The notes below the pieces were generated by a model. The model had not been told where the DNA came from, searched no databases, and saw only the letters and a program-made list of their open reading frames with translations. Shown here one piece after another: positions 8,005-16,407 of a DNA stretch of 57,499 nt. Source of the stretch: Burkholderiales bacterium (GTDB lineage: Bacteria > Pseudomonadota > Gammaproteobacteria > Burkholderiales > Usitatibacteraceae); assembly GCA_031394335.1 (NCBI GenBank), contig JANMXS010000336.1, forward strand, positions 1-57,499, in the 5' to 3' direction. The position numbers and the translations under genes were made by a program. Numbering within the stretch: position 1 is the stretch's first letter; the number at the start of each line of letters is the position of its first letter.

Positions 8005-9375
8005 ATGCCAACTTCTCCAGTCATCACCTCGTATCTTCGCGCCAGCCTGAGCACGGTCCTCGCTCCATTCATCGCCGCCATAATCGGCGGTTGCGCCACC
8101 TCTACCGGGTTGCCAGTGACCATGCCTTGCGCGGGCCAGGGTGCCGCCTGCCCAATATGTCCAGCCCCGGAGACGCCGGAGCCCGCACCTGTGGTCACAC
8201 TGCCACCGGTCGTCACGCCTCCCGTCACCGAAGCGGTGCGCGGCCGCATGGAACGCAGCGAATGGTCAGAGCTGCCCAAATTTGCCACAGATGACCCCAG
8301 CGAGGCACTGAATGCGTTTGTGCAAGGCTGTGCGGTGCTGACAAGTAAGCCTGAGTGGCAGGGCGTGTGTGCGCACGCGGCAGCACTGACCAAGTTGCAA
8401 GCAAAGACAAGCACACTTTCGCAGGCCGCTGAGGTCAGGCAGTTTTTTATCGACGACTTTGAGCCGTTCCGGGTCATCAACGCCGATGAAACCGATACTG
8501 GTCTGGTCACTGGCTATTACGAACCCTTGCTGCGCGGCAGCCGCACACCGAGTGCAGAATTCCGCTACCCGCTTTACGGACCGCCCCAGGACCTGATTAC
8601 GGTCGATTTGGCCGAGGTCTACCCGGATCTTAAAAATCGCCGCCTGCGCGGACGCCTCGTTGGCAACAAGCTGGTACCTTACCTGGAGCGCAGCGATATT
8701 GATGGCGATAGCGCTGCGCCCCCTCTACGCGGTCTCGAAATCGCCTGGGTGAATAATGCGATCGAGTCCTTCTTTTTGCAGATCCAGGGTTCGGGGCAGA
8801 TTCAGTTACCTGACGGCAGCCGAATGCGCGTTGGCTACGCCGATCAGAATGGCCATCCCTTCAAATCGCTGGGCGGTTTGCTGATCCGTCGCGGTGAAAT
8901 CAAGCCCGAGCGCGCTTCCATGCAGGGCATCAAGGAATGGGCACGCCGGAATCCCGCCAAAGTGCAGCAGTTCATGAACGGTAATCCAAGCTATATATTT
9001 TTCAAGGAATTGCCGGCTGATTTGACCGGCCCCATCGGTACGCTGGGCGTACCGATGACTGCCGAGCGCTCGATCGCAGTAGATCCGCGCGTGATCCCGC
9101 TGGGCGTGCCGGTTTATCTATCGACGACTTTCCCCAATACCAGGAACGAATTGAATCGTTTGATGGTGGCTCAGGACACAGGAGGGGCAATCAACGGTGC
9201 AGTGCGTGCTGATTTCTTTTGGGGATTTGGCGATGCGGCTGGCAGCCAGGCTGGCAAGATGAAGCAGCAGGGCCGCATGTGGGTATTGCTGCCGCGCGGT
9301 TACGATCCGAATGCGGCGACGGCATCCATAATACCGCCCCAGACACCGGTGCAAGCGCCACCTCAGGCCCGATAA
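8005..9375 (+). CDS. mltA: Membrane-bound lytic murein transglycosylase A (lipoprotein)
   Basis: ORF 7792-9375 trimmed to ATG 8005 (MPTSPVITSY...AAIIGGC lipobox). MltA-specific and 3D domains (GYYEP, IDGD..., AQDTGGAI). Confidence 0.88.
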   Translation: MPTSPVITSYLRASLSTVLAPFIAAIIGGCATSTGLPVTMPCAGQGAACPICPAPETPEPAPVVTLPPVVTPPVTEAVRGRMERSEWSELPKFATDDPSEALNAFVQGCAVLTSKPEWQGVCAHAAALTKLQAKTSTLSQAAEVRQFFIDDFEPFRVINADETDTGLVTGYYEPLLRGSRTPSAEFRYPLYGPPQDLITVDLAEVYPDLKNRRLRGRLVGNKLVPYLERSDIDGDSAAPPLRGLEIAWVNNAIESFFLQIQGSGQIQLPDGSRMRVGYADQNGHPFKSLGGLLIRRGEIKPERASMQGIKEWARRNPAKVQQFMNGNPSYIFFKELPADLTGPIGTLGVPMTAERSIAVDPRVIPLGVPVYLSTTFPNTRNELNRLMVAQDTGGAINGAVRADFFWGFGDAAGSQAGKMKQQGRMWVLLPRGYDPNAATASIIPPQTPVQAPPQAR

Positions 9376-9416
9376 TCTGGGGCCACATCGCCAACACAAT
9401 TTAACAGGAGTGTTCC

Positions 9417-9803
9417 ATGACCATTGCCTTCTGGTGCGTACTTATTGCCGGCCTCATGCCGTTTGTGGCTGTTGGTATCGCCAAATATGATCGCAGCTAC
9501 AACAACCGCGCTCCCCGCGACTGGCTGGCAAACCAGGAGGGCATGAAGAAGCGCGCCTATGCCGCGCATCTGAATTGCTTCGAAGCTTTTCCGCTGTTTG
9601 CGTCCGGCGTGATTATTGCGCACCTGGCCGCGGTCCCGGCAGCTATTGTCAGCACACTGGCAGCCCTCTTCATCGCGGTGCGGATTATCTACCTCTATTG
9701 CTACCTGAGCGACCGCGCGTCGTTGCGTTCGCTGATATGGCTGGCCGGACTGGGTTTATGCGTCGCGCTTTTCATTGTGTCCGCCGCTGCCAAAGCAGGC
9801 TGA
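9417..9803 (+). CDS. MAPEG family membrane protein
   Basis: 128 aa with 3-4 hydrophobic helices and a MAPEG-like sequence (NRAPRDW, HLNCFEAFPLFA). AGGAG SD upstream. Confidence 0.75.
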   Translation: MTIAFWCVLIAGLMPFVAVGIAKYDRSYNNRAPRDWLANQEGMKKRAYAAHLNCFEAFPLFASGVIIAHLAAVPAAIVSTLAALFIAVRIIYLYCYLSDRASLRSLIWLAGLGLCVALFIVSAAAKAG

Positions 9804-9820
9804 TAATGGCACCCCCACAT

Positions 9821-9857
9821 TCAACAAAAAGGGTGCCGCTGGCACCCTTTTTGTTGA
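9821..9857. terminator. Bidirectional intrinsic terminator between the MAPEG gene and dsbC
   Basis: TCAACAAAAAGGGTGCC-GCT-GGCACCCTTTTTGTTGA is a 17-bp perfect stem with A/T runs on both sides. Confidence 0.85.
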
Positions 9858-9879
9858 ACGGTCTTGCTGATGACTGCAA

Positions 9880-10635
9880 TTATTTGTTCGCGGCGGCCTT
9901 CGCGGCAGACGGACCCGCAGCGATCAGTTTGGCGTCGATCTGCTCCCTCGGGATCGCGCCCGAAATGCGTTCGCCATTTTCAAAGAAAGTCGTCGGCGTG
10001 CCGTTGATGCGCAGGCGCTGACCTAGCGCCACCAGTTTGTCCACCGGCGATTCGCAGGTGCCGGCGGCGGTGGGTGCCTGGCCTCGCAGCATTTGGTCCT
10101 GCCATGCCTTGAGGCGATCCGGCGAGCACCAGATTGACTTTGACTTGGTCATCGAATCCGGCGACAAGATCGGATAAGTGAATATGTAGGCGGTAACATT
10201 TTCGAGCTGGTTGACGTCCTGCTCGAAGCGCTTGCAGTACCCGCAGTTCGGGTCTGCAAAAATCGCCATGCGACGGGACCCATTGCCTCGCACCAGCTTG
10301 ATGGCCTGCTCAAGCGGCAAATCATCGAATTTGATCGCCGTCAGTTTCTGCATGCGCGCCTCGGTAATATTGCTGCGCGTCTGGGCATCAATCAGATTTC
10401 CGAGTACCAGAAAATTTACCTTTTCATCGGTATACAGAATTTCACTGCCCGCAAAAATTTCATACAAGCCGCCATAGATCGTTTTGGTCACACGTTCTAT
10501 TTTGACTTCAGGAAATTTTTTCTCTACTTCCTTTTTGACCAGATCGGGATTGGCTATTGCGACGTCGGCAGTCATCAGGCCACTTATCGCGAGCGACGCC
10601 GCCAATACTAATTTCACCAGTTTTGAAAATTTCAC
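9880..10635 (-). CDS. dsbC: Thiol:disulfide interchange protein, DsbC/DsbG family
   Basis: ORF 9880-10722 trimmed to GTG 10635 (VKFSKLVKLVLAASLAISG... signal peptide, AAGGA SD). Thioredoxin motif DPNCGYCKRFE. Confidence 0.8.
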   Translation of the reverse strand: MKFSKLVKLVLAASLAISGLMTADVAIANPDLVKKEVEKKFPEVKIERVTKTIYGGLYEIFAGSEILYTDEKVNFLVLGNLIDAQTRSNITEARMQKLTAIKFDDLPLEQAIKLVRGNGSRRMAIFADPNCGYCKRFEQDVNQLENVTAYIFTYPILSPDSMTKSKSIWCSPDRLKAWQDQMLRGQAPTAAGTCESPVDKLVALGQRLRINGTPTTFFENGERISGAIPREQIDAKLIAAGPSAAKAAANK

Positions 10636-10726
10636 GACAGAATCCTTTGCGGTCAGAGCAGCGGGGTAATTTGGGCCAGAAACATCTGATTGCCGGGCAG
10701 CGCGTTGGTTCACCAACACCATAACG

Positions 10727-11914
10727 TTATTTTATGGCGTGCGCGATCAACATCGCTTTCGTCGCCGACAGACGGTTGACCATATTCAGTCCGCCGCGCC
10801 TCACAATTTTTGCCAAGGCGCCGTCGCTCAGGTACAGCGAGCGCAGATTATCGGTAATTTCGCCCATTGCCCAAGCGTCCTCCCGTCGGGCACGCTCATA
10901 GCGACGCAGTATCGCAACATCACCCGGGCTCGATAGCGGCGACCGATCGCGCAACACTGCAAACAGCGCTGCAACGTCGGCAAAACCAAGGTTTGCGCCC
11001 TGACCTGCCAAGGGATGAATCGAATGCGCGGCATCGCCGATCAGGGCCAGGCCCGGCTGCACCCATTGAGCCGCCGTCATCCGTTTGAGCGGGATGCGCG
11101 CGCGCGATGAGGTCAGCGCAAGTTCGCCCAGCGCATTGTTTCCGGCCGCCGCAACCGCTGCGGAAAACGCGCCAGCGTCCAGCGCCTCCAATTCTGCTGC
11201 GCGGCCGGTCGGGACCGACCAGACAATCGACACCCGATCCCCCGGCAATGGCAAATAGGCCAGCACGCCCTGCGCAGAAAACCATTGCCGCGCCACGCCG
11301 CCATGCCCGCGAGCGGCGCGAAAATTGGCGACCACACCATCGCTGCCGTAGTCTTTGACCTGCGTATCGATGCCCGCCATGCCGCGCACGCGGGACGCGC
11401 TGCCGTCGGCAGCAACCAACAACGCCGCCTCCACAATTGTGGCCTGATCAGCCAGCCTGATTTCGACACCGCCGGCGGGATACGCAAAGTCGATCGCAGC
11501 AACTTCGGCGTTATCGATTACCTGAATGCGGTCGCATTGCACGCTCACCGCCGCCTGCATGGCATTCATCAACGCCGCATGCTCGACGACAAATGCCAGC
11601 GGGCCCCCCTGGCTGAAATCGATTTCACCTGCTTGCTCGTCGCCGGCATCGCCAAACACCTGCATGGCGCGGATCGGCGCAATGCGCGTGCTGTCGAGCA
11701 GCTGCCATACCCCCAACTCCTGCAGTAGCGCGCGTGAGCCCGGGGAAAGCGCATAAACGCGATGATCAAATCCGTCCATGAGCTGATTGGTCGACAGCGC
11801 CCGGCGTTCAATCACGGTGACATCCAGGCCACGCAGTCGTGCTACCGCCAGCGCAAATGCAAGCCCGACCGGGCCCGCGCCAATAATGACAATACGGTTG
11901 GATGCAGTTGCCAT
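10727..11914 (-). CDS. FAD-dependent ubiquinone-biosynthesis hydroxylase (UbiH/UbiF/VisC/COQ6 family)
   Basis: IVIIGAGPVGLAFA dinucleotide fingerprint and GDAAHSIHPLAGQG motif. The start may be ATG 11914 or TTG 11938. Sits in the position of E. coli visC/ubiI after ubiH. Confidence 0.85.
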   Translation of the reverse strand: MATASNRIVIIGAGPVGLAFALAVARLRGLDVTVIERRALSTNQLMDGFDHRVYALSPGSRALLQELGVWQLLDSTRIAPIRAMQVFGDAGDEQAGEIDFSQGGPLAFVVEHAALMNAMQAAVSVQCDRIQVIDNAEVAAIDFAYPAGGVEIRLADQATIVEAALLVAADGSASRVRGMAGIDTQVKDYGSDGVVANFRAARGHGGVARQWFSAQGVLAYLPLPGDRVSIVWSVPTGRAAELEALDAGAFSAAVAAAGNNALGELALTSSRARIPLKRMTAAQWVQPGLALIGDAAHSIHPLAGQGANLGFADVAALFAVLRDRSPLSSPGDVAILRRYERARREDAWAMGEITDNLRSLYLSDGALAKIVRRGGLNMVNRLSATKAMLIAHAIK

Positions 11915-11934
11915 GGTTGTGTGCTGCTTTCTGC

Positions 11935-13080
11935 TCAACGCGCCGCGCCGAACAGCATGCGTCGGGCCAGCGCACGACGCGCAAACGGCAGCAAATCAAC
12001 TACCGCCAAAGCCAGACCGCGTGGCATGCGCAGCAGGGCGTCATCGCGCGAAAATGCGCCCACCAAAAAATCCGTGAAGCCGACACTGCGGGTCACATCC
12101 TGCGCGCGGGTCGCCGCATAGCGCGACAGGCGTGCGTCGTCGGCGAGATCGCCATGTTCTGCAAGCCCCTGCGCAAGATCGGCAGCGTCGCGCAGCCCGA
12201 GATTGAATCCCTGGCCGGCAACGGGATGCAGCGCCTGGGCAGCATTGCCGATCACCACTATGCGTCCGGCTACCGGCGACGATACAGTGCGCAATTTCAA
12301 CGGGTAACTGCGCCGATTGCCCACGGTCAAAAACTTGCCTGCCCGGTACCCAAAATGATCCTGGAACGCTGCGCAAAACGCGTTGCCCTCCAATTCCTTC
12401 AAGGCCTCGATACGTTCCGGGGCCGCTACCCAGACCATCGAGTAGTCGCGCTCACCCAGCTTGGGCAACAAGGCAGCCGGCCCCTCGCCGGTAAACCGCT
12501 CAAATGCGCGGTGACGATGCGGTTCATCTGCCGAGATCTGGCCAAGCAGCGCGACCTGGCCGTAGTCTTTTTCAGCGACCACAATCGCCGGTACCTTGCC
12601 GAGATTCGCACCACCGTCAGCAAGCACCACGATATCCGCGTTGACCTGCTGTTCGCCGCCCGGCAAAGCGTAACGAATCTCTACGCAGTCGCTGGCCTGA
12701 TTGATGGCCGACACAATCGCCCCGCGGGTGACAGCAATACCCTGATGCTCGAGTTCGGCGTCCAGCGCCGCCTGCAAATCGGCATAGCTCAGCACATAAC
12801 CGAGTGCGGCCACGCCGCCGTCTTCGCGCGACAGATCGACGCGGCCAAAGCCACCTTTTTGCGAGGTGTGGATCGAGTAGATCGGGGTAGCTTGCAGTGC
12901 GTGGCTCCAAGCCCCGGCCTCGTCGAGAATCTCGCGACTCCCCCAGGAAAGCGCCAGCGTCCGCCCTTCACGCGAAGGTCCTTCGCGTGCCTCCAGCAGG
13001 GTCACGTCCATGCCCGCAAGTCTGGCGAGCAGGGCGAAAGTAGCGCCTACCGGCCCGGCACCAATGACGAGTACGTTCAT
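11935..13080 (-). CDS. ubiH: 2-octaprenyl-6-methoxyphenol hydroxylase-type FAD monooxygenase
   Basis: MNVLVIGAGPVGATFA and GNAAQALHPVAGQG. pepP-ubiH-visC-like order as in E. coli. Confidence 0.8.
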   Translation of the reverse strand: MNVLVIGAGPVGATFALLARLAGMDVTLLEAREGPSREGRTLALSWGSREILDEAGAWSHALQATPIYSIHTSQKGGFGRVDLSREDGGVAALGYVLSYADLQAALDAELEHQGIAVTRGAIVSAINQASDCVEIRYALPGGEQQVNADIVVLADGGANLGKVPAIVVAEKDYGQVALLGQISADEPHRHRAFERFTGEGPAALLPKLGERDYSMVWVAAPERIEALKELEGNAFCAAFQDHFGYRAGKFLTVGNRRSYPLKLRTVSSPVAGRIVVIGNAAQALHPVAGQGFNLGLRDAADLAQGLAEHGDLADDARLSRYAATRAQDVTRSVGFTDFLVGAFSRDDALLRMPRGLALAVVDLLPFARRALARRMLFGAAR

Positions 13081-13116
13081 GCTGTCCGGTCGATCGGTCG
13101 CTTACTGCTTGGCCGT

Positions 13117-14469
13117 TCAGCCCGCCGTCAGCGCTTCGATATCCTTGACGGATTTCGGACAGCTTGCCGTCAGGACGCGATTGCCGGTCTTGGTGACCAG
13201 CACATCATCTTCGATGCGCACACCGATATCCCAAAAGTGCTTGGGCACATTGTCCGCCGGGCGGATGTACAGACCGGGTTCTACCGTCAATACCATACCT
13301 GGCTCCAGCGCTACCCATTTGCCGCCGCGCTTATAGTCGCCGGCATCATGCACATCGAGGCCCAGCCAATGGCCGGCGCGATGCATATAAAACTGTTTGT
13401 AGGCTTCGGTTTCAACCACCCTGGCGAGGCTGCCTTTACAAAGCTTCAGATCAATCAACCCCTGTGCCAGCACGTTGACGGCGACCTCGTGATATTTGCC
13501 GAACGGTGCGCCCGGCTTGACCGCCTTGATACAGGCGAGCTGGGATTCGAGCACCAGTTCATAGATATCTTTTTGCGGGCCGCTGAATTTGGACGCAATC
13601 GGGAAGGTGCGGGTGATATCGGCGGCGTAACTTTCCAGCTCGCAGCCGGCGTCGATCAGCATCAGATCGCCCTTGCGGAGCGGCGCGGAATTCTCGCGGT
13701 AATGCAGCACGCAGGCATTGGCGCCCGCCGCAACAATGCTGCCGTAGGCGGGCTGGCGCGCACCGTTGCGGATGAATTCGTGCAGCACTTCGGCTTCGAC
13801 CTGGTATTCGAACATACCCGGCTTGGCCAGTTTCATTGCGCGCACATGCGCATCCGAGGAAATTTTTCCGGCCCTGGCCATGATATCGATCTCGACCTCA
13901 TCCTTGATCAGGCGCATCGCGTTCAGCGTATGGCGCGCATCTTTCAATTCCACCGGTGCGGTGACGCCGGTGCGAATCTTGGCGCGCACAGCATTCAGCC
14001 AGCGGCTGATCGATTGATCCCATTCGGCGTCGGCGCCCAGCGGGGTATGCACCACATCGCAATTGGTCATCAACTCGGGAATGCGCGATTCCAATTCGGT
14101 AATGGAATAGGCTTCATCGAACTCGAAGACTTCCTTGGCCATGGCCGGGCCGAACCTGAAACCGTCCCAGATTTCACGTTCCAGATTCTTGTCGCGGCAG
14201 AACAAGATGTGGCGCGGCTTCTTGCCCAGGGTGATGGCAACCACGGCTTCGGGCTCGCGGAAGCCGGTCAGATAATAAAAGTAGCTGTCCCAGCGGTAGT
14301 CGTAGTGCGAATCGGCGTTGCGCGCGCGCTCATGCGAAGTCGGCACCAGCAGCAATCCTTCTTTCAAGATTTTTGTCAGTCGCGCACGACGCTTGGCGTG
14401 CGCCTTGACATTTGGGACAACAACCGGGACCGGCAGGAGTTCGCGTTTCATGTTCAGCCTTTCAGGCAA
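13117..14469 (-). CDS. pepP: Xaa-Pro aminopeptidase (M24B)
   Basis: 450 aa with an N-terminal AMP_N domain and M24 metal-ligand contexts (LIDAGCE, HRAGHWLGLDVHD, VLTVEPGLY). The start may be 14469 or 14451. Confidence 0.9.
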   Translation of the reverse strand: MPERLNMKRELLPVPVVVPNVKAHAKRRARLTKILKEGLLLVPTSHERARNADSHYDYRWDSYFYYLTGFREPEAVVAITLGKKPRHILFCRDKNLEREIWDGFRFGPAMAKEVFEFDEAYSITELESRIPELMTNCDVVHTPLGADAEWDQSISRWLNAVRAKIRTGVTAPVELKDARHTLNAMRLIKDEVEIDIMARAGKISSDAHVRAMKLAKPGMFEYQVEAEVLHEFIRNGARQPAYGSIVAAGANACVLHYRENSAPLRKGDLMLIDAGCELESYAADITRTFPIASKFSGPQKDIYELVLESQLACIKAVKPGAPFGKYHEVAVNVLAQGLIDLKLCKGSLARVVETEAYKQFYMHRAGHWLGLDVHDAGDYKRGGKWVALEPGMVLTVEPGLYIRPADNVPKHFWDIGVRIEDDVLVTKTGNRVLTASCPKSVKDIEALTAG

Positions 14470-14525
14470 GCGATGCGTGTGCCCGTGCGTTTACACTTAT
14501 CGGGCAATAATTCGTTGAAAATTGG

Positions 14526-15212
14526 TCAGGCCCTTATTTTACGGCTTAGTGCGTCCATTTGCTGCGGCGTACCAATGTTTTCCCATAAGCCCGCGTGATG
14601 CTCGGCTGATACCCGCCCCGCATCCACCAGTGCATTCGCCCAAGGGAACAGTTTCTTCTTTTCGCCCGCAACGAAACCGGCAAACAGCTTCGGGTGCCAG
14701 CAGGCGATCCCGGAATAGTTGAGACGGAGTCCAATGCGACTGGCCAGCCCCTGTTGAATCGCAAAATCACCCTCGGCATGAAACGGCGGATTGCTGGCCA
14801 GCACAAAGTGGGCGTCGATCTCGCCACGCGCAATGCGCGCCAGCACCGGCAGCAATTTTCCATAGTCGAAGTCGGTATAGACATCGCCGCTGGTAGTTAC
14901 AAATGGCTCAGGGCCCAGCATTGGCGCGGCTTTCACGATACCGCCCACGGTTTCCAGGGCCTCGCCCTCATGCGAATAATCGATCGCCAGGCCATACTTT
15001 CTGCCGTCGCCCAAAGCCGGCTCGAACTGCGCGCCCTGCCACGCCGTGTTGATCACTACCCGGGCAAAGCCAGCGCGCGACAGGGCCTCCAGCTGATATT
15101 CGATCAGACGCTTGCCACCCAGCCGAAGCAGCGGCTTGGGTGTGGCATCGGTCAGCGGACGCATGCGTTCGCCGCGCCCGGCCGCAAAAATCATGGCCTT
15201 GTAGTTTTTCAT
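14526..15212 (-). CDS. murU: N-acetylmuramate alpha-1-phosphate uridylyltransferase-type nucleotidyltransferase
   Basis: ORF trimmed to ATG 15212 (MKNYKAMIFAAGRGERMRPLTDATPKPLL). Follows amgK, the pair described in Pseudomonas. Confidence 0.75.
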   Translation of the reverse strand: MKNYKAMIFAAGRGERMRPLTDATPKPLLRLGGKRLIEYQLEALSRAGFARVVINTAWQGAQFEPALGDGRKYGLAIDYSHEGEALETVGGIVKAAPMLGPEPFVTTSGDVYTDFDYGKLLPVLARIARGEIDAHFVLASNPPFHAEGDFAIQQGLASRIGLRLNYSGIACWHPKLFAGFVAGEKKKLFPWANALVDAGRVSAEHHAGLWENIGTPQQMDALSRKIRA

Positions 15213-15259
15213 AGTGGGGGGATGGGCACAGGTGGGCAATGGCAGGCCGCTGACACCGC

Positions 15260-16291
15260 CTAAAAGGTATATCCGGTTATTTTTTCCACGCCATCGTCAA
15301 TTTTCAGTTTGTCGAACAGCCGGATCAAGGGGAACAAGGCGGTATAACGCTCGCCAGTACGACGTATATAGTTCACGAATCGGGGCGCATCGGCCAGGTA
15401 TTTCGGCTTGCCGTCCCGATAGTTGATGCGCGCAAAAATGCCCAGCACCTTGAGGTGGCGCTGCAGACCCATCCATTCCACATCGCGATAAAAGTCGCCA
15501 AAATCCGATGGCACCGGCAGGCCCGCTTTTTTGGCTTTTTCCCAGTAGCGGATGGTCCCGTCGAGCACACGTTCTTCATCCCATGAAATGAATGCGTCTT
15601 TGTACAGGCAGGCGATGTCGTAGCTGATCGGGCCGTACACCGCATCCTGAAAATCGATTACGCCAGGCACGTTGGCCGGAAGTTCGGGGCAAACCATCAG
15701 ATTCCGCGGCATGTAATCACGATGCACATAGACGCTGGCCTGCGCCAGATTGGCATTGACGACAGTTGTGAACACATCCTGCAGGGTGCGTTGCTGCTCC
15801 GGCGACAGTTCGGCGCGCAGATGTTTGGCGATATACCAATCCGGGAAAAGGCCAAGCTCGCGCCTCAGCAAGACGCTATCGTAGGCAGGCAACACCTCAG
15901 GCTTTGACGCAAGCTGCCATTTGATCAGCGTATCGCCCGCCCCGCGCAGCAGTGCGTCGGCATTATGCTCGGTGAGCACATCCAGATAAGTCTGCCTGCC
16001 CATATCGGTCAACAGCAGGAAGCCCTGCGCCAGATCCTGCGCCACGACCTGCGGGACGGGCATGCCTGCATCCGCCATCAGCGCCGCCACCCTGACAAAC
16101 GGGTGGCAGTCCTCTTGTTCCGGGGGCGCATCCATGACGATGCTCGTTTGCCCTGCCAGCGTTATGCGAAAATAGCGGCGAAAGCTGGCATCAGCCGAGG
16201 CCGGTTCGATCAGATAGTCGGACCTGCCCAGTACAGCGTTAAGCCATGCAGCAAGAGCCGTCATGCGAGCGGCAGCATTTACATCATTCAT
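15260..16291 (-). CDS. amgK: Anomeric MurNAc/GlcNAc kinase-type phosphotransferase (APH family)
   Basis: 343 aa with APH-fold catalytic loop VHRDYMPRNLM and IDFQDA. Divergent from lptD, as in Pseudomonas. Confidence 0.75.
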   Translation of the reverse strand: MNDVNAAARMTALAAWLNAVLGRSDYLIEPASADASFRRYFRITLAGQTSIVMDAPPEQEDCHPFVRVAALMADAGMPVPQVVAQDLAQGFLLLTDMGRQTYLDVLTEHNADALLRGAGDTLIKWQLASKPEVLPAYDSVLLRRELGLFPDWYIAKHLRAELSPEQQRTLQDVFTTVVNANLAQASVYVHRDYMPRNLMVCPELPANVPGVIDFQDAVYGPISYDIACLYKDAFISWDEERVLDGTIRYWEKAKKAGLPVPSDFGDFYRDVEWMGLQRHLKVLGIFARINYRDGKPKYLADAPRFVNYIRRTGERYTALFPLIRLFDKLKIDDGVEKITGYTF

Positions 16292-16328
16292 TTGATTTGG
16301 TTGTTGGGCGTTATTGAGGCGATATTAT

Positions 16329-16370
16329 CACTTGCGTTTCAGCACTTACGTTTTACCACTCGCGTTTTGT
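16329..16370. repeat. Three tandem 14-bp direct repeats in the amgK/lptD divergent promoter region
   Basis: CACTTGCGTTTCAG (16329-16342), CACTTACGTTTTAC (16343-16356) and CACTCGCGTTTTGT (16357-16370), head to tail. Confidence 0.7.
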
Positions 16371-16407
16371 CCGTCTCCCAACATCCTCACACGCACTTAT
16401 TTTTCTG

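Noticed and set aside
11902-14598. An 898-aa plus-strand ORF running antisense across the ubi hydroxylase gene end, ubiH, pepP and the start of the murU region.
   Set aside because: It is in the codon-aligned antisense frame of ubiH and pepP. Both genes have codon starts at positions divisible by 3, so stops could only arise opposite the sense codons TTA, CTA and TCA, which are avoided in this GC-rich genome. The translation is Arg/Ala/Gly/His-rich and not protein-like, while the minus-strand genes have clear family motifs. This is a compositional artefact.
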